Shown here: piece by piece, positions 19,739-29,648 of the stretch
How positions within the stretch are numbered: position 1 is the stretch's first letter
How the letters are laid out: each line of letters begins with the position of its first letter
NCBI GenBank assembly: GCA_012841375.1
Contig: DUUV01000028.1
Span: 66,602-130,601 of the forward strand
From: Candidatus Fermentithermobacillaceae bacterium
Lineage (GTDB): Bacteria; Bacillota; Sulfobacillia; Fermentithermobacillales; Fermentithermobacillaceae
Length of the DNA: 64,000 nt
Direction of reading: 5' to 3'
The notes under the pieces: model-generated
Database searches by the model: none
What the model was told of the DNA's origin: nothing
What the model saw: the letters and a program-made list of their open reading frames with translations, nothing else
Translations under genes and position numbers: made by a program

Positions 19739-20257
19739 TTGGACATAGTAGTTGACATAATCGAGATAACGGCGCGTCAGGTAACACCTCCTGCAGTTGA
19801 GGCTCTTGCTTGGTGCCTGGCCGCCTCACAACCCGACCGAACCGTCGATCACAAGCGGTTCTGGGAAGAGTGGTTTTCAGAAGATATCCCGGGAAGCAAG
19901 CTCACGGTCGCTGCCATCTTGCGAAAGCCGGAGAACGTCAGTCACTCAGTCGTCGGCGTGTGCCGGCTCTGGAAGACGCCTTATCTTGACGGTAGATGGT
20001 TTATTGAAGGCCTCGAAGTCATGCCCGGAATGCGCCGCCGCGGCATAGGGACAAGATTGGTCCGGAGGTGCGTCGACGCGGCGCTCGGATTGGGCATCGC
20101 GAAACTCCATGCACATATTCACGATTCGAACCTCGCGAGCAGAAGGTTGTTCGAGTATCTGGGATTCGTTGAAACTGCCCACGGATATTGGAACACATAT
20201 GGAGAATGGCGGGAGAGCGGCTCTGAATATGCCCTGGACCTCAACACTCTGCGATAA
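19739..20257 (+). CDS. GNAT family N-acetyltransferase
   Basis: RRRGIGTRLV (acetyl-CoA-binding Q/R-x-x-G-x-G/A motif) and LGFVE C-terminal pattern; TTG start. Confidence 0.8.
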   Translation: MDIVVDIIEITARQVTPPAVEALAWCLAASQPDRTVDHKRFWEEWFSEDIPGSKLTVAAILRKPENVSHSVVGVCRLWKTPYLDGRWFIEGLEVMPGMRRRGIGTRLVRRCVDAALGLGIAKLHAHIHDSNLASRRLFEYLGFVETAHGYWNTYGEWRESGSEYALDLNTLR

Positions 20258-20897
20258 CCCAGGAAGATCTAAGTTAACATAATAAATATTATAGGACGTT
20301 ATAGGGATCGCAGGCTTTGGTGATAGAAGCGCGCGCCCTCCCCACCGAACCGGCCCCCTGACACGGGAGATCACGTCCGGCCCTTTTGCGAGCCGTAAAT
20401 CCGGTCGAATACGAGAGCACACATAATCGAGATGATCCCGTATCAAAACGGAAGCCCGACTACGCCTCCGCTTGATTCTTCTTCATCATGTGGACCTGAA
20501 CAGAGCCCCGTATGCACACCCCGGTTCATCCTTACATCCTTATGTATGTACACTCCTCGCACTCCTCGGTGCTCACTCCTCAATCTTCAGGCATCTTGCG
20601 TAAAGTTACTCATCTTTGATGAGGGAAAGCAAAACAGTTTTATAACTGGGAGTAGTGTGATGAACAACCAGCATAAGGCCAAAATTATCCTATAAGCGAG
20701 AGGAATTCCAATTGTAAGCGTGGAATAGCGGTTTTGTGCTGGAAACGGATCCGAGAGACGGGTCTCAGACTGTTTTCGCAATGGTTTGTCGGTCTGCCTG
20801 TGAGATGGACGGGGGTGATTCTGAGAGGATATCCGACGTCATCCTCCCCCTAGTTCCGCGACACAAGTCTCTTTACTGAAAAACGAGGAGGGTAAGC

Positions 20898-22751
20898 ATG
20901 AAGAAGGTTCTTGCGTCGCTTCTGCTCTTGGCTATGGCAGTCGGCTTTGCCGCTTGCACCAAGCCGGAGCCGCCGCCGCCGGTGAGCACCTTAAGGGAGT
21001 CTGAGGACTACAACGCCGTCTACTCCAGCGAGCTCACCAGCATCAACTATCTCGTGACCAGCACAACTCTGGAGTTCGGAGTGGCCACCAACTGTGTTGA
21101 CGGGCTGGTCGAGCACAACAATTTAGGCATTATCCAGCCCGCCCTGGCGGAAAGCTGGACTGTCAGCGATGACGGCCTGGTCTGGACCTTCAAGATCAGA
21201 CCTGGCGTCAAGTGGGTGACCTATGACGGTCAGGAGTACGCCGAAGTCGTCGCCCAGGACTGGGTGGACGCCCACAAGTACGGCTTCAACCCGGCCAACG
21301 CCTCCAAGAACGCCAACGTAGTCTATGAGGCGGTAAAGAACGGCAAGGAGTACTACAATGGTGAGATCACCGACTGGGAGCAAGTCGGCATCAAGGCGCT
21401 TGACAAGTACACTCTCGAGTACACGCTGAACAGGCCGATCCCCTACTTCCTCACCATGCTCACCTATGTTTCGTTCCTGCCGGTGAACGGGCAGTTCCTG
21501 GAAGAGGTCGGAGAGGACTTTGGAACCGACCACACCAAGATCCTCTACAACGGTGCCTACCGTATCGCCGAGTGGGTGCCCCAGGACTACCGGACGATGG
21601 TGAAGAACGAGCTGTACTGGGATAAAGACAATATCCATATCAAGCAGATGAACTACCGGTACAACAAGGAAGCCTCTACCCTCGGTCCCGACCTGTTCCT
21701 ACAGGGTGAGATCAGCGGTACCGGTATCTCGACCACCATCCTCAACGACTGGCTGAACGATCCGGAAAGGAAGGACATGGTTACACCCAACCTTCCCAGC
21801 ACGTACAGCTACTTCTACGCGTTCAACTTTGACCCCCAGTTCGACGCTGAGTACGAGCCGGACAACTGGAAGATAGTCGTGAACAACAAGAACTTCCGGA
21901 AGTCTTTGTTCCACGGTTTGGACCGGATTTCCGCGATGCTCACCGCGGAGCCTTTCAACCCGCAGAACAAGATCACCAACACGGTGACTCCGAAGAACTT
22001 CGTGTCCTACGGCGGTAAAGACTTCACCCAGTACGGTCCTTTGAAGGATATCGTAGATAGGGACAGCTTCGATCCGGAGTTGGCCAAACAGTATCGCGAC
22101 AAGGCCAAGGAAGAGCTCGCGGGCAAGGCCAAGTTCCCAGTCAAGGTCATGATGCCCTACAACGCCTCCGGTTCCGAATGGACCAGCAGGTGCGTTGTTG
22201 TCGAGCAGCAGCTTGAAGGCCTTCTGGGAGAGGATTACATCGACATCATCCCGGTCGGAATGCCCGGCACCAACTTCCTTGCCAACAGGCGGACAGGAAA
22301 CTATGCGTTCCTGGAGTGCAACTGGGGTCCTGACTACTGCGATCCTGAGACCTACGCCGATCCGTTCTATCCTCCGGCGAAGATGAACTACAACTGGCCT
22401 GAGAAGGCCATAGGGTACGACGACCCCAACGGTCTGTGCCACTATCAGAACCTGGTCGAGGCAGCCAAGGCCGAGGTCACCGACCTCGAGAAGCGCTTTG
22501 AGCTGTTCGCCATCGCCGAGGCTTGGCTCATAGAGGAAGCCTTCATAATCCCCTACGGCTTGGGCGGCGGTGGTTACTCCGCGACCAAGGTAGAGCCCTT
22601 CACCGCTCCTTACGCCTCCTTCGGCATGGACATGTACAAGTGGAAGGGCCAGATCATCATGGAGAAGCCCATGAATATGGAACAGTGGAACCAGGCCTAT
22701 GCCAAGTGGCAGGCGGATCGCGCTGCGGCTCTTGCCGCGCAGGGGCAATAA
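20898..22751 (+). CDS. ABC transporter substrate-binding lipoprotein, family 5 (oligopeptide/dipeptide/nickel type)
   Basis: Lipoprotein signal LLLLAMAVGFAAC, 617 aa SBP_bac_5 pattern; GAGGAGGG RBS. Confidence 0.9.
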   Translation: MKKVLASLLLLAMAVGFAACTKPEPPPPVSTLRESEDYNAVYSSELTSINYLVTSTTLEFGVATNCVDGLVEHNNLGIIQPALAESWTVSDDGLVWTFKIRPGVKWVTYDGQEYAEVVAQDWVDAHKYGFNPANASKNANVVYEAVKNGKEYYNGEITDWEQVGIKALDKYTLEYTLNRPIPYFLTMLTYVSFLPVNGQFLEEVGEDFGTDHTKILYNGAYRIAEWVPQDYRTMVKNELYWDKDNIHIKQMNYRYNKEASTLGPDLFLQGEISGTGISTTILNDWLNDPERKDMVTPNLPSTYSYFYAFNFDPQFDAEYEPDNWKIVVNNKNFRKSLFHGLDRISAMLTAEPFNPQNKITNTVTPKNFVSYGGKDFTQYGPLKDIVDRDSFDPELAKQYRDKAKEELAGKAKFPVKVMMPYNASGSEWTSRCVVVEQQLEGLLGEDYIDIIPVGMPGTNFLANRRTGNYAFLECNWGPDYCDPETYADPFYPPAKMNYNWPEKAIGYDDPNGLCHYQNLVEAAKAEVTDLEKRFELFAIAEAWLIEEAFIIPYGLGGGGYSATKVEPFTAPYASFGMDMYKWKGQIIMEKPMNMEQWNQAYAKWQADRAAALAAQGQ

Positions 22752-22770
22752 GTTAACCATGCTAGGTGCA

Positions 22771-22804
22771 GAGAGAAGACCACCCGCAAGGGCGGTCTTC
22801 TCTC
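22771..22804 (+). other. Intra-operon stem-loop after the binding-protein gene
   Basis: GAGAGAAGACCaCCC-gcaa-GGGcGGTCTTCTCTC, about a 14-bp stem with no U-tract, between oppA and oppB. Confidence 0.5.
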
Positions 22805-22838
22805 TCCTGGAAACCTACGCGAGAGGCTGCGTGGAACA

Positions 22839-23783
22839 ATGCTGAGATATACTCTGAAGCGGTTGTGGCAATCGGCGGTTACCGTATTCATCGTCATTAC
22901 GGTGGTCTTTCTGCTGATGCGTCTCCTCCCTGCCGAAGGCTACTTCGAGGAGAACTACGATAAACTCACTCCCGAGCAACGGGAGAACATTTTGAGGAGC
23001 CTTGGCCTTCTTGATCCGTGGTACGTTCAGCTCCGGACCTTCTATGCCAGTCTCCTAAGGTGGGACTTGGGCAAGTCGATAGTCTATCGACCCAAGGTCG
23101 ACATCGCCGTCATCCTCAAAAGCAAAATACCCTACTCTGTGAGATTCGGTCTTGCAGCCATGAGCATATCGCTCGTGGCCGGTCTCGCTATGGGTGTTTC
23201 CCAAGCCCGGTATAAGGGCAAGTGGGTTGACAGGATATTCACCGGTTATATCGTGTTCATAAACGCCGTGCCGGCTGCTGTTTACCTCATCTTCATCCAG
23301 CTCTACATCTCAAAGACCGTGGGTCTTCCCATTCTCTTTGACAGGGGAAGACCGATTAGCTGGATCTTGCCGGCAGTATCAATGTCTCTAGGCGGAATCG
23401 CCGGCTACGCCATGTGGATGCGGCGCTACATGGTGGATGAGCTTAACAAGGACTACATCAGGCTGGCTCGAGCTAAGGGGATGTCAGGTACGGCCATCAT
23501 GGTGAAGCACGTCATGAGAAACGCGTTTGTCCCTATGGCCCAGTACCTGCCTGCGTCCGTGCTCTTTACGATCTCAGGGTCAATCTACATCGAATCGCTC
23601 TACTCTATCCCCGGGATGGGAGGCCTACTTGTGGACGCTATCCAGCGCCAGGATAACACACTGGTTCAGGCGCTGGTCCTCATATTTTCCACCCTGGGCA
23701 TAGTCGGCCTGTTTCTTGGGGATGTAGCCATGGCCATCTTCGATCCCCGCATCAAGCTTGCCAGAGGAGGGGGAGCAAGGTAA
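22839..23783 (+). CDS. ABC peptide transporter permease (OppB/DppB-like)
   Basis: Six-TM BPD_transp_1 pattern; N-terminal MLRYTLKRLWQS. Confidence 0.9.
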   Translation: MLRYTLKRLWQSAVTVFIVITVVFLLMRLLPAEGYFEENYDKLTPEQRENILRSLGLLDPWYVQLRTFYASLLRWDLGKSIVYRPKVDIAVILKSKIPYSVRFGLAAMSISLVAGLAMGVSQARYKGKWVDRIFTGYIVFINAVPAAVYLIFIQLYISKTVGLPILFDRGRPISWILPAVSMSLGGIAGYAMWMRRYMVDELNKDYIRLARAKGMSGTAIMVKHVMRNAFVPMAQYLPASVLFTISGSIYIESLYSIPGMGGLLVDAIQRQDNTLVQALVLIFSTLGIVGLFLGDVAMAIFDPRIKLARGGGAR

Positions 23784-24751
23784 TGGGCGCCAAAGAAGAA
23801 CAAACGCTGCAGGCAATCGAAGACCGCTCCCTGTTCGAGTTCGCTCGGTTTGATGAGGAAGCCGGGGAACGGATAGGCTACTCCGACTATTCATATTGGG
23901 GCTCTACCATACGGATGTTCCTCAAGAACAAGACGGCGGTAATAGCCCTCTGCGCGATGATTGCGCTTCTGGCGTTCACTTTCATCCAGCCCTACCTGCC
24001 CAATCAGAAGGACCCAACCAAGGTGTACATCGACCCGAACACGGGCCGGCAGCTTATGAACCAGGCTCCCAACTCTGAGCACTGGTTCGGCACCAATTCC
24101 ATCGGCCAGGACCTCTGGTCGCGGATTTGGGCGGGGACCAGAACCTCCCTCCTGATCGCGCTCATCGTGGGGATATGGGAAGTGGGCTTTGGGATACTTT
24201 TTGGAGCCCTCTGGGGATACGTGAGGCAGCTTGACGCACTCATCACCGAGATCTACAACATCATCCACAACATCCCGACTACCATCGTCATGACGCTCCT
24301 AGCCTACATCATGCGCCCGAGTTTCAAGACCATGATACTGGCCATGTGCGCTACAGGCTGGCTTGGGATGGCGCGTTTCGTGCGAAATCAGATAGTCATC
24401 ATCCGCGACCGCGAGTATAACCTGGCGTCGCGCTGTTTGGGAACTCCCACGTCCCGAATCATCATGCGGAACCTCCTCCCCTATCTGGTATCGGTCATCG
24501 TGCTGCGTATCGCGTTGTCGATTCCCGGCACCATCGGGTGGGAAGTGTTCCTCACGTACATCGGACTGGGGCTTCCGGTCAATACGCCGTCTCTGGGGAA
24601 CCTTGTCAATGAAGGCCGGCGAATCATCATGTCGCCAAGCCTCAGGTACCAGCTGGTCTTCCCCGCGGTGGTACTGTCTATCATAACGATATCATTCTAC
24701 GTGATGGGCAACGCTTTTTCTGACGCTGCCGATCCTCGTAATCACTACTAG
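23783..24751 (+). CDS. ABC peptide transporter permease (OppC/DppC-like)
   Basis: OppC-type N-terminal extension and permease core; TAATG overlap with the upstream gene. Confidence 0.9.
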   Translation: MGAKEEQTLQAIEDRSLFEFARFDEEAGERIGYSDYSYWGSTIRMFLKNKTAVIALCAMIALLAFTFIQPYLPNQKDPTKVYIDPNTGRQLMNQAPNSEHWFGTNSIGQDLWSRIWAGTRTSLLIALIVGIWEVGFGILFGALWGYVRQLDALITEIYNIIHNIPTTIVMTLLAYIMRPSFKTMILAMCATGWLGMARFVRNQIVIIRDREYNLASRCLGTPTSRIIMRNLLPYLVSVIVLRIALSIPGTIGWEVFLTYIGLGLPVNTPSLGNLVNEGRRIIMSPSLRYQLVFPAVVLSIITISFYVMGNAFSDAADPRNHY

Positions 24752-24763
24752 GAGGCGGAAGCG

Positions 24764-25804
24764 ATGAGTAAACCCATCTTGTCTGCGAAAGACGTAGTAG
24801 TGAAGTTCAGTTTGAGGGGCCAGATCCTGACCGCGATTCGCCAGGCCTCCCTTGACCTTTACGAGGGTCAGACCATGGCTATCGTGGGGGAATCGGGTTC
24901 CGGGAAGAGCGTGTTCACCAAGACCTTCCTGGGCATGCTTGACGCCAACGGCTGGGTGGATTCGGGTACCATCATGTTCGAGGGACAGGACCTGGCCAAG
25001 CTCAAGACCGAGAAAGAGTGGCTAAAGGTGAGGGGTAAGAAGATCGCCATGATCTTCCAGGATCCCATGACCGCGCTCAACCCCCTCCGGACCGTGGGCA
25101 TGCAGATACGCGAGGTACTTGAGATGCACCAGGGTCTCCGGGGCGAGGACGCCAAGAATAGGACCATCGAAATACTCGGTCAGGTGGGTATAGATAACCC
25201 TTCCATGAGGTACGGCCAGTACCCCCACGAGTTTTCCGGAGGGATGAGGCAGAGGGTCGTCATCGCCATAGCCGTGGCGTGTAATCCGCGGATACTCATC
25301 TGCGACGAGCCTACCACTGCTCTGGACGTGACGATTCAGGCTCAGATCCTGGAGCTTATTCGGAAACTCCAGAAGGAGCTCAATCTGACTATCGTCTATA
25401 TCACCCACGACCTGGGTGTGGTCGCCAACGTGGCCGAACACGTGGCCGTAATGTACGCGGGAGACATCATCGAGTACGGAACCGCAGAGGAGATCTTCTA
25501 TGACGCGCGTCATCCTTATACGTGGGCGCTTCTATCCTCTCTGCCGCAGCTAGGTATCAAGGGGCAGCCTCTCTACTCGATCTCCGGAACGCCTCCGAAC
25601 CTGTTCACGGAGATCAAGGGAGACGCTTTCGCGCCCAGAAACCCACGGGCTTTGAAGATAGACTTTGTCCACCGGCCTCCCTACTTCAGGGTCTCTCCTA
25701 CTCACATCGCGCGCACGTGGCTTCTGGATCCCCGCGCTCCCAAAGTCGAGCCGCCTGAGGCAATCAAGGCCATGAAAGCGAAATACGCGAGGTATGCGAC
25801 ATGA
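24764..25804 (+). CDS. ABC peptide transporter ATPase (OppD-like)
   Basis: Walker A GESGSGKS, signature FSGGMRQRV, oligopeptide C-terminal domain. Confidence 0.9.
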   Translation: MSKPILSAKDVVVKFSLRGQILTAIRQASLDLYEGQTMAIVGESGSGKSVFTKTFLGMLDANGWVDSGTIMFEGQDLAKLKTEKEWLKVRGKKIAMIFQDPMTALNPLRTVGMQIREVLEMHQGLRGEDAKNRTIEILGQVGIDNPSMRYGQYPHEFSGGMRQRVVIAIAVACNPRILICDEPTTALDVTIQAQILELIRKLQKELNLTIVYITHDLGVVANVAEHVAVMYAGDIIEYGTAEEIFYDARHPYTWALLSSLPQLGIKGQPLYSISGTPPNLFTEIKGDAFAPRNPRALKIDFVHRPPYFRVSPTHIARTWLLDPRAPKVEPPEAIKAMKAKYARYAT

Positions 25805-26742
25805 TAACCGAAGAGAGAGAAGTCCTAGTTGATGTTCAAAACCTGCGGGTCGAGTTCAAAGTCCGCGGCCGCAGGCCCTTTGTCGCCGTACGAGACGTCT
25901 CCTTTCAGATCTACAAGGGCGAGACCTTTGGGTTGGTGGGCGAGACCGGATCGGGAAAGACAACCATTGGTCGTGCGATAGTGAGGATCAACGAGACGGC
26001 AGCGGGCGTCATCAAGTTCCGCGGGCAGAAGATAAACGGAGTGATCTCCAAGGAAGTCGACCGGATGGTGACCCAGAAGATCCAGATGATATTCCAGGAT
26101 CCCATGGCCTCTCTCAATGAGAGGGCAAAGGTCGACTACATCGTGTCCGAGGGCCTCTACAACACCAAGAAATACAAGGATGAGGACGACCGCAGGGCGA
26201 AGGTTGAAAAGGCTCTTCTGGAAGTGGGCCTTCTTCCCGAGTTCGCGTCCCGCTTCCCACATGAGTTCTCAGGCGGCCAGAGGCAGCGTATCGGAGTCGC
26301 CAGGGCCCTCATCATGGAACCTGAGTTCATCATCGCCGACGAACCCATATCGTCGCTGGACGTTTCCATCAGGGCTCAGGTGTTGAACCTTCTTTCCGCG
26401 TTGCAGAAGGACAAAGGCCTTACCTACATGTTCATCTCTCACGACCTGTCAGTGGTCCGGTTCATCGCCGATCGCGTGGCCGTCATCCACAAAGGGCAGA
26501 TAGTGGAGCTGGCCGAAACCGAAGAGCTCTTCAAGAACCCGCTTCACCCATATACCAGGGCTCTCCTGTCGGCCATCCCCACTCCTGACCCAAGGATTGA
26601 GAGAGAAAAAAGGGTGCTGGTGTATGACCCCAGTTGCCACGACTACTCCAAAGACAAACCTAAGTGGGTGGAGATCAAGCCGGGGCATTTCGTTATGGGC
26701 AACAACGTTGAGCTCAGCCAGTACGAAACCATGATCGACTAG
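25801..26742 (+). CDS. ABC peptide transporter ATPase (OppF-like)
   Basis: Walker A GETGSGKT, signature [15 protein letters not shown]. Confidence 0.9.
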   Translation: MITEEREVLVDVQNLRVEFKVRGRRPFVAVRDVSFQIYKGETFGLVGETGSGKTTIGRAIVRINETAAGVIKFRGQKINGVISKEVDRMVTQKIQMIFQDPMASLNERAKVDYIVSEGLYNTKKYKDEDDRRAKVEKALLEVGLLPEFASRFPHEFSGGQRQRIGVARALIMEPEFIIADEPISSLDVSIRAQVLNLLSALQKDKGLTYMFISHDLSVVRFIADRVAVIHKGQIVELAETEELFKNPLHPYTRALLSAIPTPDPRIEREKRVLVYDPSCHDYSKDKPKWVEIKPGHFVMGNNVELSQYETMID

Positions 26743-26762
26743 GTACCCGCTGAGAGATCAGG

Positions 26763-26791
26763 GTTACAGGCACGTTACAGGTAGGTTACAG
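26763..26791. repeat. Three direct GTTACAG heptamers at 11-bp spacing
   Basis: ggGTTACAGgcacGTTACAGgtagGTTACAGcc, immediately upstream of the palindrome below. Confidence 0.5.
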
Positions 26792-26828
26792 CCAGTTATC
26801 ACCGGCTACGGTCACCGGTGATAACTGG
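26792..26828. terminator. Perfect 14-bp inverted repeat between convergent genes; candidate bidirectional terminator
   Basis: CCAGTTATCACCGG-ctacggtca-CCGGTGATAACTGG, between the oppF stop and the 3' end of the minus-strand membrane-protein gene. Confidence 0.5.
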
Positions 26829-27240
26829 CGCCGACGCCGAAGAATCTGTACAAGACCGTGGCCAATACGGCCAACTGGAAGGCCGACCAAAGGAGAGCCG
26901 GAATGGGGTTTTTCAGGAATCCCTCGAAACGGCTGTCCGGAAGGTTCGGCCTTCTTGGTAGGAGACCGGTGGGATCGCGCCGGCCGAGGAGCTCGGCTCC
27001 GGATATCTTGTCTTCGCTGATATCCGTGCCCGTCTCGGCGGTCCGAGCCCCAAAACCCAAGAAGGAGGTTTTCCGGAGGTAGACGAGCCAAGCCAGAAGT
27101 ACGTAAAAGGCCATGAATACGGGGATCAGTACCGCCAGGTAATACGTCCTCTTGAAGCCCCAGAAGGTTAGGGCCAAAGACGCCAAAGAGGCAACGGTCG
27201 TGAGAGCCAGGCCTTGAGCGAATGTCTGGAAGCGAGTCAC
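26812..27240 (-). CDS. Hypothetical membrane protein
   Basis: 142 aa, four predicted TM helices; GTG start with GGGGAGG upstream. Confidence 0.5.
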   Translation of the reverse strand: MTRFQTFAQGLALTTVASLASLALTFWGFKRTYYLAVLIPVFMAFYVLLAWLVYLRKTSFLGFGARTAETGTDISEDKISGAELLGRRDPTGLLPRRPNLPDSRFEGFLKNPIPALLWSAFQLAVLATVLYRFFGVGASYHR

Positions 27241-27333
27241 GTGACGGCGACCTCCCCGGCTTTAATAGTAAGACATGAATATTATGGGCCTATAGTCGGG
27301 CGCTTGTACAGCCCAAGGAGGAGCTGGTTAGTC

Positions 27334-28521
27334 ATGCCACATAGGAGAGTCGCGTTCATGGTCCTTGCGGCGGCGTTCTTTGCTGCCGCCCTTGTGGGCG
27401 CCTGCGCCCGTGAACCCGAAGAAAGCCCGCCTGAACCTGCCCTTACCGATGTGGAGATAGGCATCAAGGTTGACAAGATAATCGCGGACTACCTAGAGTC
27501 TTTGGATTTGGACAGTCGGGAAACCATTTTCAAGGCCCAGGATTCCGTATCCCAAGGCACAGTAACGCTGAGAGGCGATACGTCAGACGAGTCTCTCAAG
27601 AAAGGCCTTCTTGACATGGTGGCCCAGATCCCGGGGATAACCGTGGTAGACGAGCTTCGAGTCCTCCCTCCCCCGTCCATGGGAGAAAAGGTTTTTGGCG
27701 TCGTCAAAGTCCCCGTTGTGAATCTGGGAGACGGTCCCAGGAGCTCGGGCGGTTCCCACACGGTTACCCAAGCCAGGATGGGCGATATCCTGAAGCTCCT
27801 CAAAGAAAATGATGGATGGTTCTTGGGCCAGATGGACGACGGCTATCTCGGCTGGGTCGGGCCTGAGTCGGTGCACCTGGTGAGCCGGGAGGAAGTAGAG
27901 GCCATGAAGAAGAGCCGCGTGGCCCTCGTCACGGCGAAGACGGCATCGGTGCTCCGCGAGCCGGGCGGCGACTCCCTTTTCATCCAGGCGCTGGTTCAGG
28001 GAAGCGTCCTTCCTCTCGTCGGAGAAGAGGGCGATTGGGTCCAGGTAAGGGTCCCCGGCGGTCCCGAAGGGTGGATAGAGGCGTCCAAAACGCAAGCATA
28101 TGAAAGCATGGACGCCGTCTTCGGTGAACGAAAGGGCGCCGAAGGGGTAATAGACACGGCCAAGCAGTATCTGGGTCTTCCCTACCTGTGGGGCGGCACC
28201 ACGGCTTACGGTTTCGATTGCTCGGGGCTAACTCAGTTCGCCATGAAGATGAACGGTTACTCCATAAGACGAGATGCGGATATGCAGTACGAGCAGGGTG
28301 AAGTGGTCGCCGACAGAGCGGACCTCCGGCCCGGAGACTTGGTCTTCTTCGAGACCTACAGGAAGGGTCCCTCCCATGTAGGGATATATATCGGCGATTC
28401 CCAGTACATCCAGTCGGGCGGCCAGACCGGGATCACGATCCTGAGTTTCGATCCTGCCCACTCCAACTACTCGGAAACCCTTGATAGGGCATATCTGGGA
28501 GGCCGGCGGATCATAAAGTGA
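27334..28521 (+). CDS. Secreted/lipoprotein cell-wall peptidase: BON-like domain, SH3b repeats and a C-terminal NlpC/P60 domain
   Basis: Signal sequence with LVGAC; BON-like VTLRGDTSDESLKKGLLDMVAQIPGITVVDELRV; NlpC/P60 catalytic region YLWGG...GFDCSGLTQF...GDLVFF...HVGIYIG. AAGGAGGAG RBS before ATG 27334. Confidence 0.8.
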   Translation: MPHRRVAFMVLAAAFFAAALVGACAREPEESPPEPALTDVEIGIKVDKIIADYLESLDLDSRETIFKAQDSVSQGTVTLRGDTSDESLKKGLLDMVAQIPGITVVDELRVLPPPSMGEKVFGVVKVPVVNLGDGPRSSGGSHTVTQARMGDILKLLKENDGWFLGQMDDGYLGWVGPESVHLVSREEVEAMKKSRVALVTAKTASVLREPGGDSLFIQALVQGSVLPLVGEEGDWVQVRVPGGPEGWIEASKTQAYESMDAVFGERKGAEGVIDTAKQYLGLPYLWGGTTAYGFDCSGLTQFAMKMNGYSIRRDADMQYEQGEVVADRADLRPGDLVFFETYRKGPSHVGIYIGDSQYIQSGGQTGITILSFDPAHSNYSETLDRAYLGGRRIIK

Positions 28522-28564
28522 CACGAGTCCTTGAATGCCGGACCTTTGGGCCCAATGACCGGTG

Positions 28565-28607
28565 CCGCCCGGCAGGCCTCCCGCGTTTCGCAGGGGGACC
28601 GGGCGGC
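28565..28607. terminator. Inverted repeat GCCGCCCGG...CCGGGCGGC between convergent genes
   Basis: 9-bp GC-rich stem with a long loop, followed by agtcTTTCg on the plus strand. Confidence 0.35.
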
Positions 28608-28639
28608 AGTCTTTCGATGGTCGTTTGTCTCTCCCGCTC

Positions 28640-29518
28640 CTAGCCTACCGCACCCGGAGCCGGGATGAAGATGACCTGGCCCGAAGTCAGCGTGTAAGGC
28701 GGCGAGAGCTGCGGGTTGAACGCAGTGAGCTCTCCGACGTTCATCCCGAACTTCCGGGCGACGTCCTCGATGGTCTCGCCTTCCATGACAACGTACCTCC
28801 TGGCGGCGCCGCTGCCGCCGGTGCCGGGAGACACCGGTGTCAACTGGGGCGGGGCCATATGGGGCCTGTGACCCGTCGGGATGTGGATCACTTCACCGGG
28901 GAAAATCATCTCCGGGTTCCTGATCTGAGGATTAGCCTTGATCAGCGCGTCCAGTGACACCCCGTAGCGCTTGGCTATGAGGAACATAGTGTCGCCCGGC
29001 TGGACTACGTACTCTATAGTCCCCGCCACCGGCGGCCTCTCCTTATCATCCGGCGGCATGGGCCGGTGATCATCGGGCCTATGGGGGTGCCTGGGTTCGA
29101 GAACCAGCGTAATCTTGCATTTCCGGGCGATCTCCCTAAGGAGCCTCATCTTCCTGTCCTGACGACCGGTCCCGCGGATGATGACGGTCCTTCCCCCCTC
29201 ATCACGGATGAGACGGTCGGCCCGCATCCATCCCATTTCCATCGCCTCGTTCTCTCTGGACCAGAGAATAGGCAATATATCGTTGAGGTCATCGGAGAAC
29301 CGGATTTCACTGAACTCGCCGGGAATCTGGCAGCCTACGCAGGCGAGGAGTTCGTGACAGTCGTCCCTCTGCTTCCTGTGCAGGTCGACAAGATCGCGTA
29401 TGAGATCCAGACACTCAGAAGAAACGCCCAGCACCAAGAGTCTTTCGTACAGGGGCGAGAGCTCCCGGTTGCGCATCCAGATGTAGGTAGTGGCCTGAAC
29501 GACCTCCTGGTCCGCCAT
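28640..29518 (-). CDS. Protein with two C-terminal LysM domains and an uncharacterised 150-aa N-terminal domain
   Basis: Two LysM repeats (YVVQPGDTMFLIAKRYGVSLDALIKANP and YVVMEGETIEDVARKFGMNVGELTAFNP); GGAGGGGG RBS before ATG 29518; no TM segment. Confidence 0.7.
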   Translation of the reverse strand: MADQEVVQATTYIWMRNRELSPLYERLLVLGVSSECLDLIRDLVDLHRKQRDDCHELLACVGCQIPGEFSEIRFSDDLNDILPILWSRENEAMEMGWMRADRLIRDEGGRTVIIRGTGRQDRKMRLLREIARKCKITLVLEPRHPHRPDDHRPMPPDDKERPPVAGTIEYVVQPGDTMFLIAKRYGVSLDALIKANPQIRNPEMIFPGEVIHIPTGHRPHMAPPQLTPVSPGTGGSGAARRYVVMEGETIEDVARKFGMNVGELTAFNPQLSPPYTLTSGQVIFIPAPGAVG

Positions 29519-29648
29519 AATATCCCCCTCCAAATCTTCCGGGAATCGCTTATTCCATCCAATCTATGAGGAGGACGACTGTTATGTGCGGGAACGAAAA
29601 GGCCCTCTCTTGAGGGCAATATGTGCTTTGCTTGGAAAGCGGATATGC

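Noticed and set aside
20432-20695. 87-aa plus-strand ORF and 64-aa minus-strand ORF (20587-20781) inside the long opp leader.
   Set aside because: No RBS, low-complexity composition, and the minus one would need a TTG start. Treated as non-coding.
21699-22760. 353-aa ORF antisense to the first opp binding-protein gene, and similar long antisense ORFs elsewhere (for example 1380-1970, 2934-3521, 8478-9392, 17706-18314).
   Set aside because: High-GC genomes produce long stop-free antisense frames. These have no RBS and no recognisable domains, and they overlap well-supported genes on the other strand.
26763-26791. Short direct repeats considered as a possible CRISPR array.
   Set aside because: Only three 7-bp units with 4-bp spacers and no cas genes; far too short.
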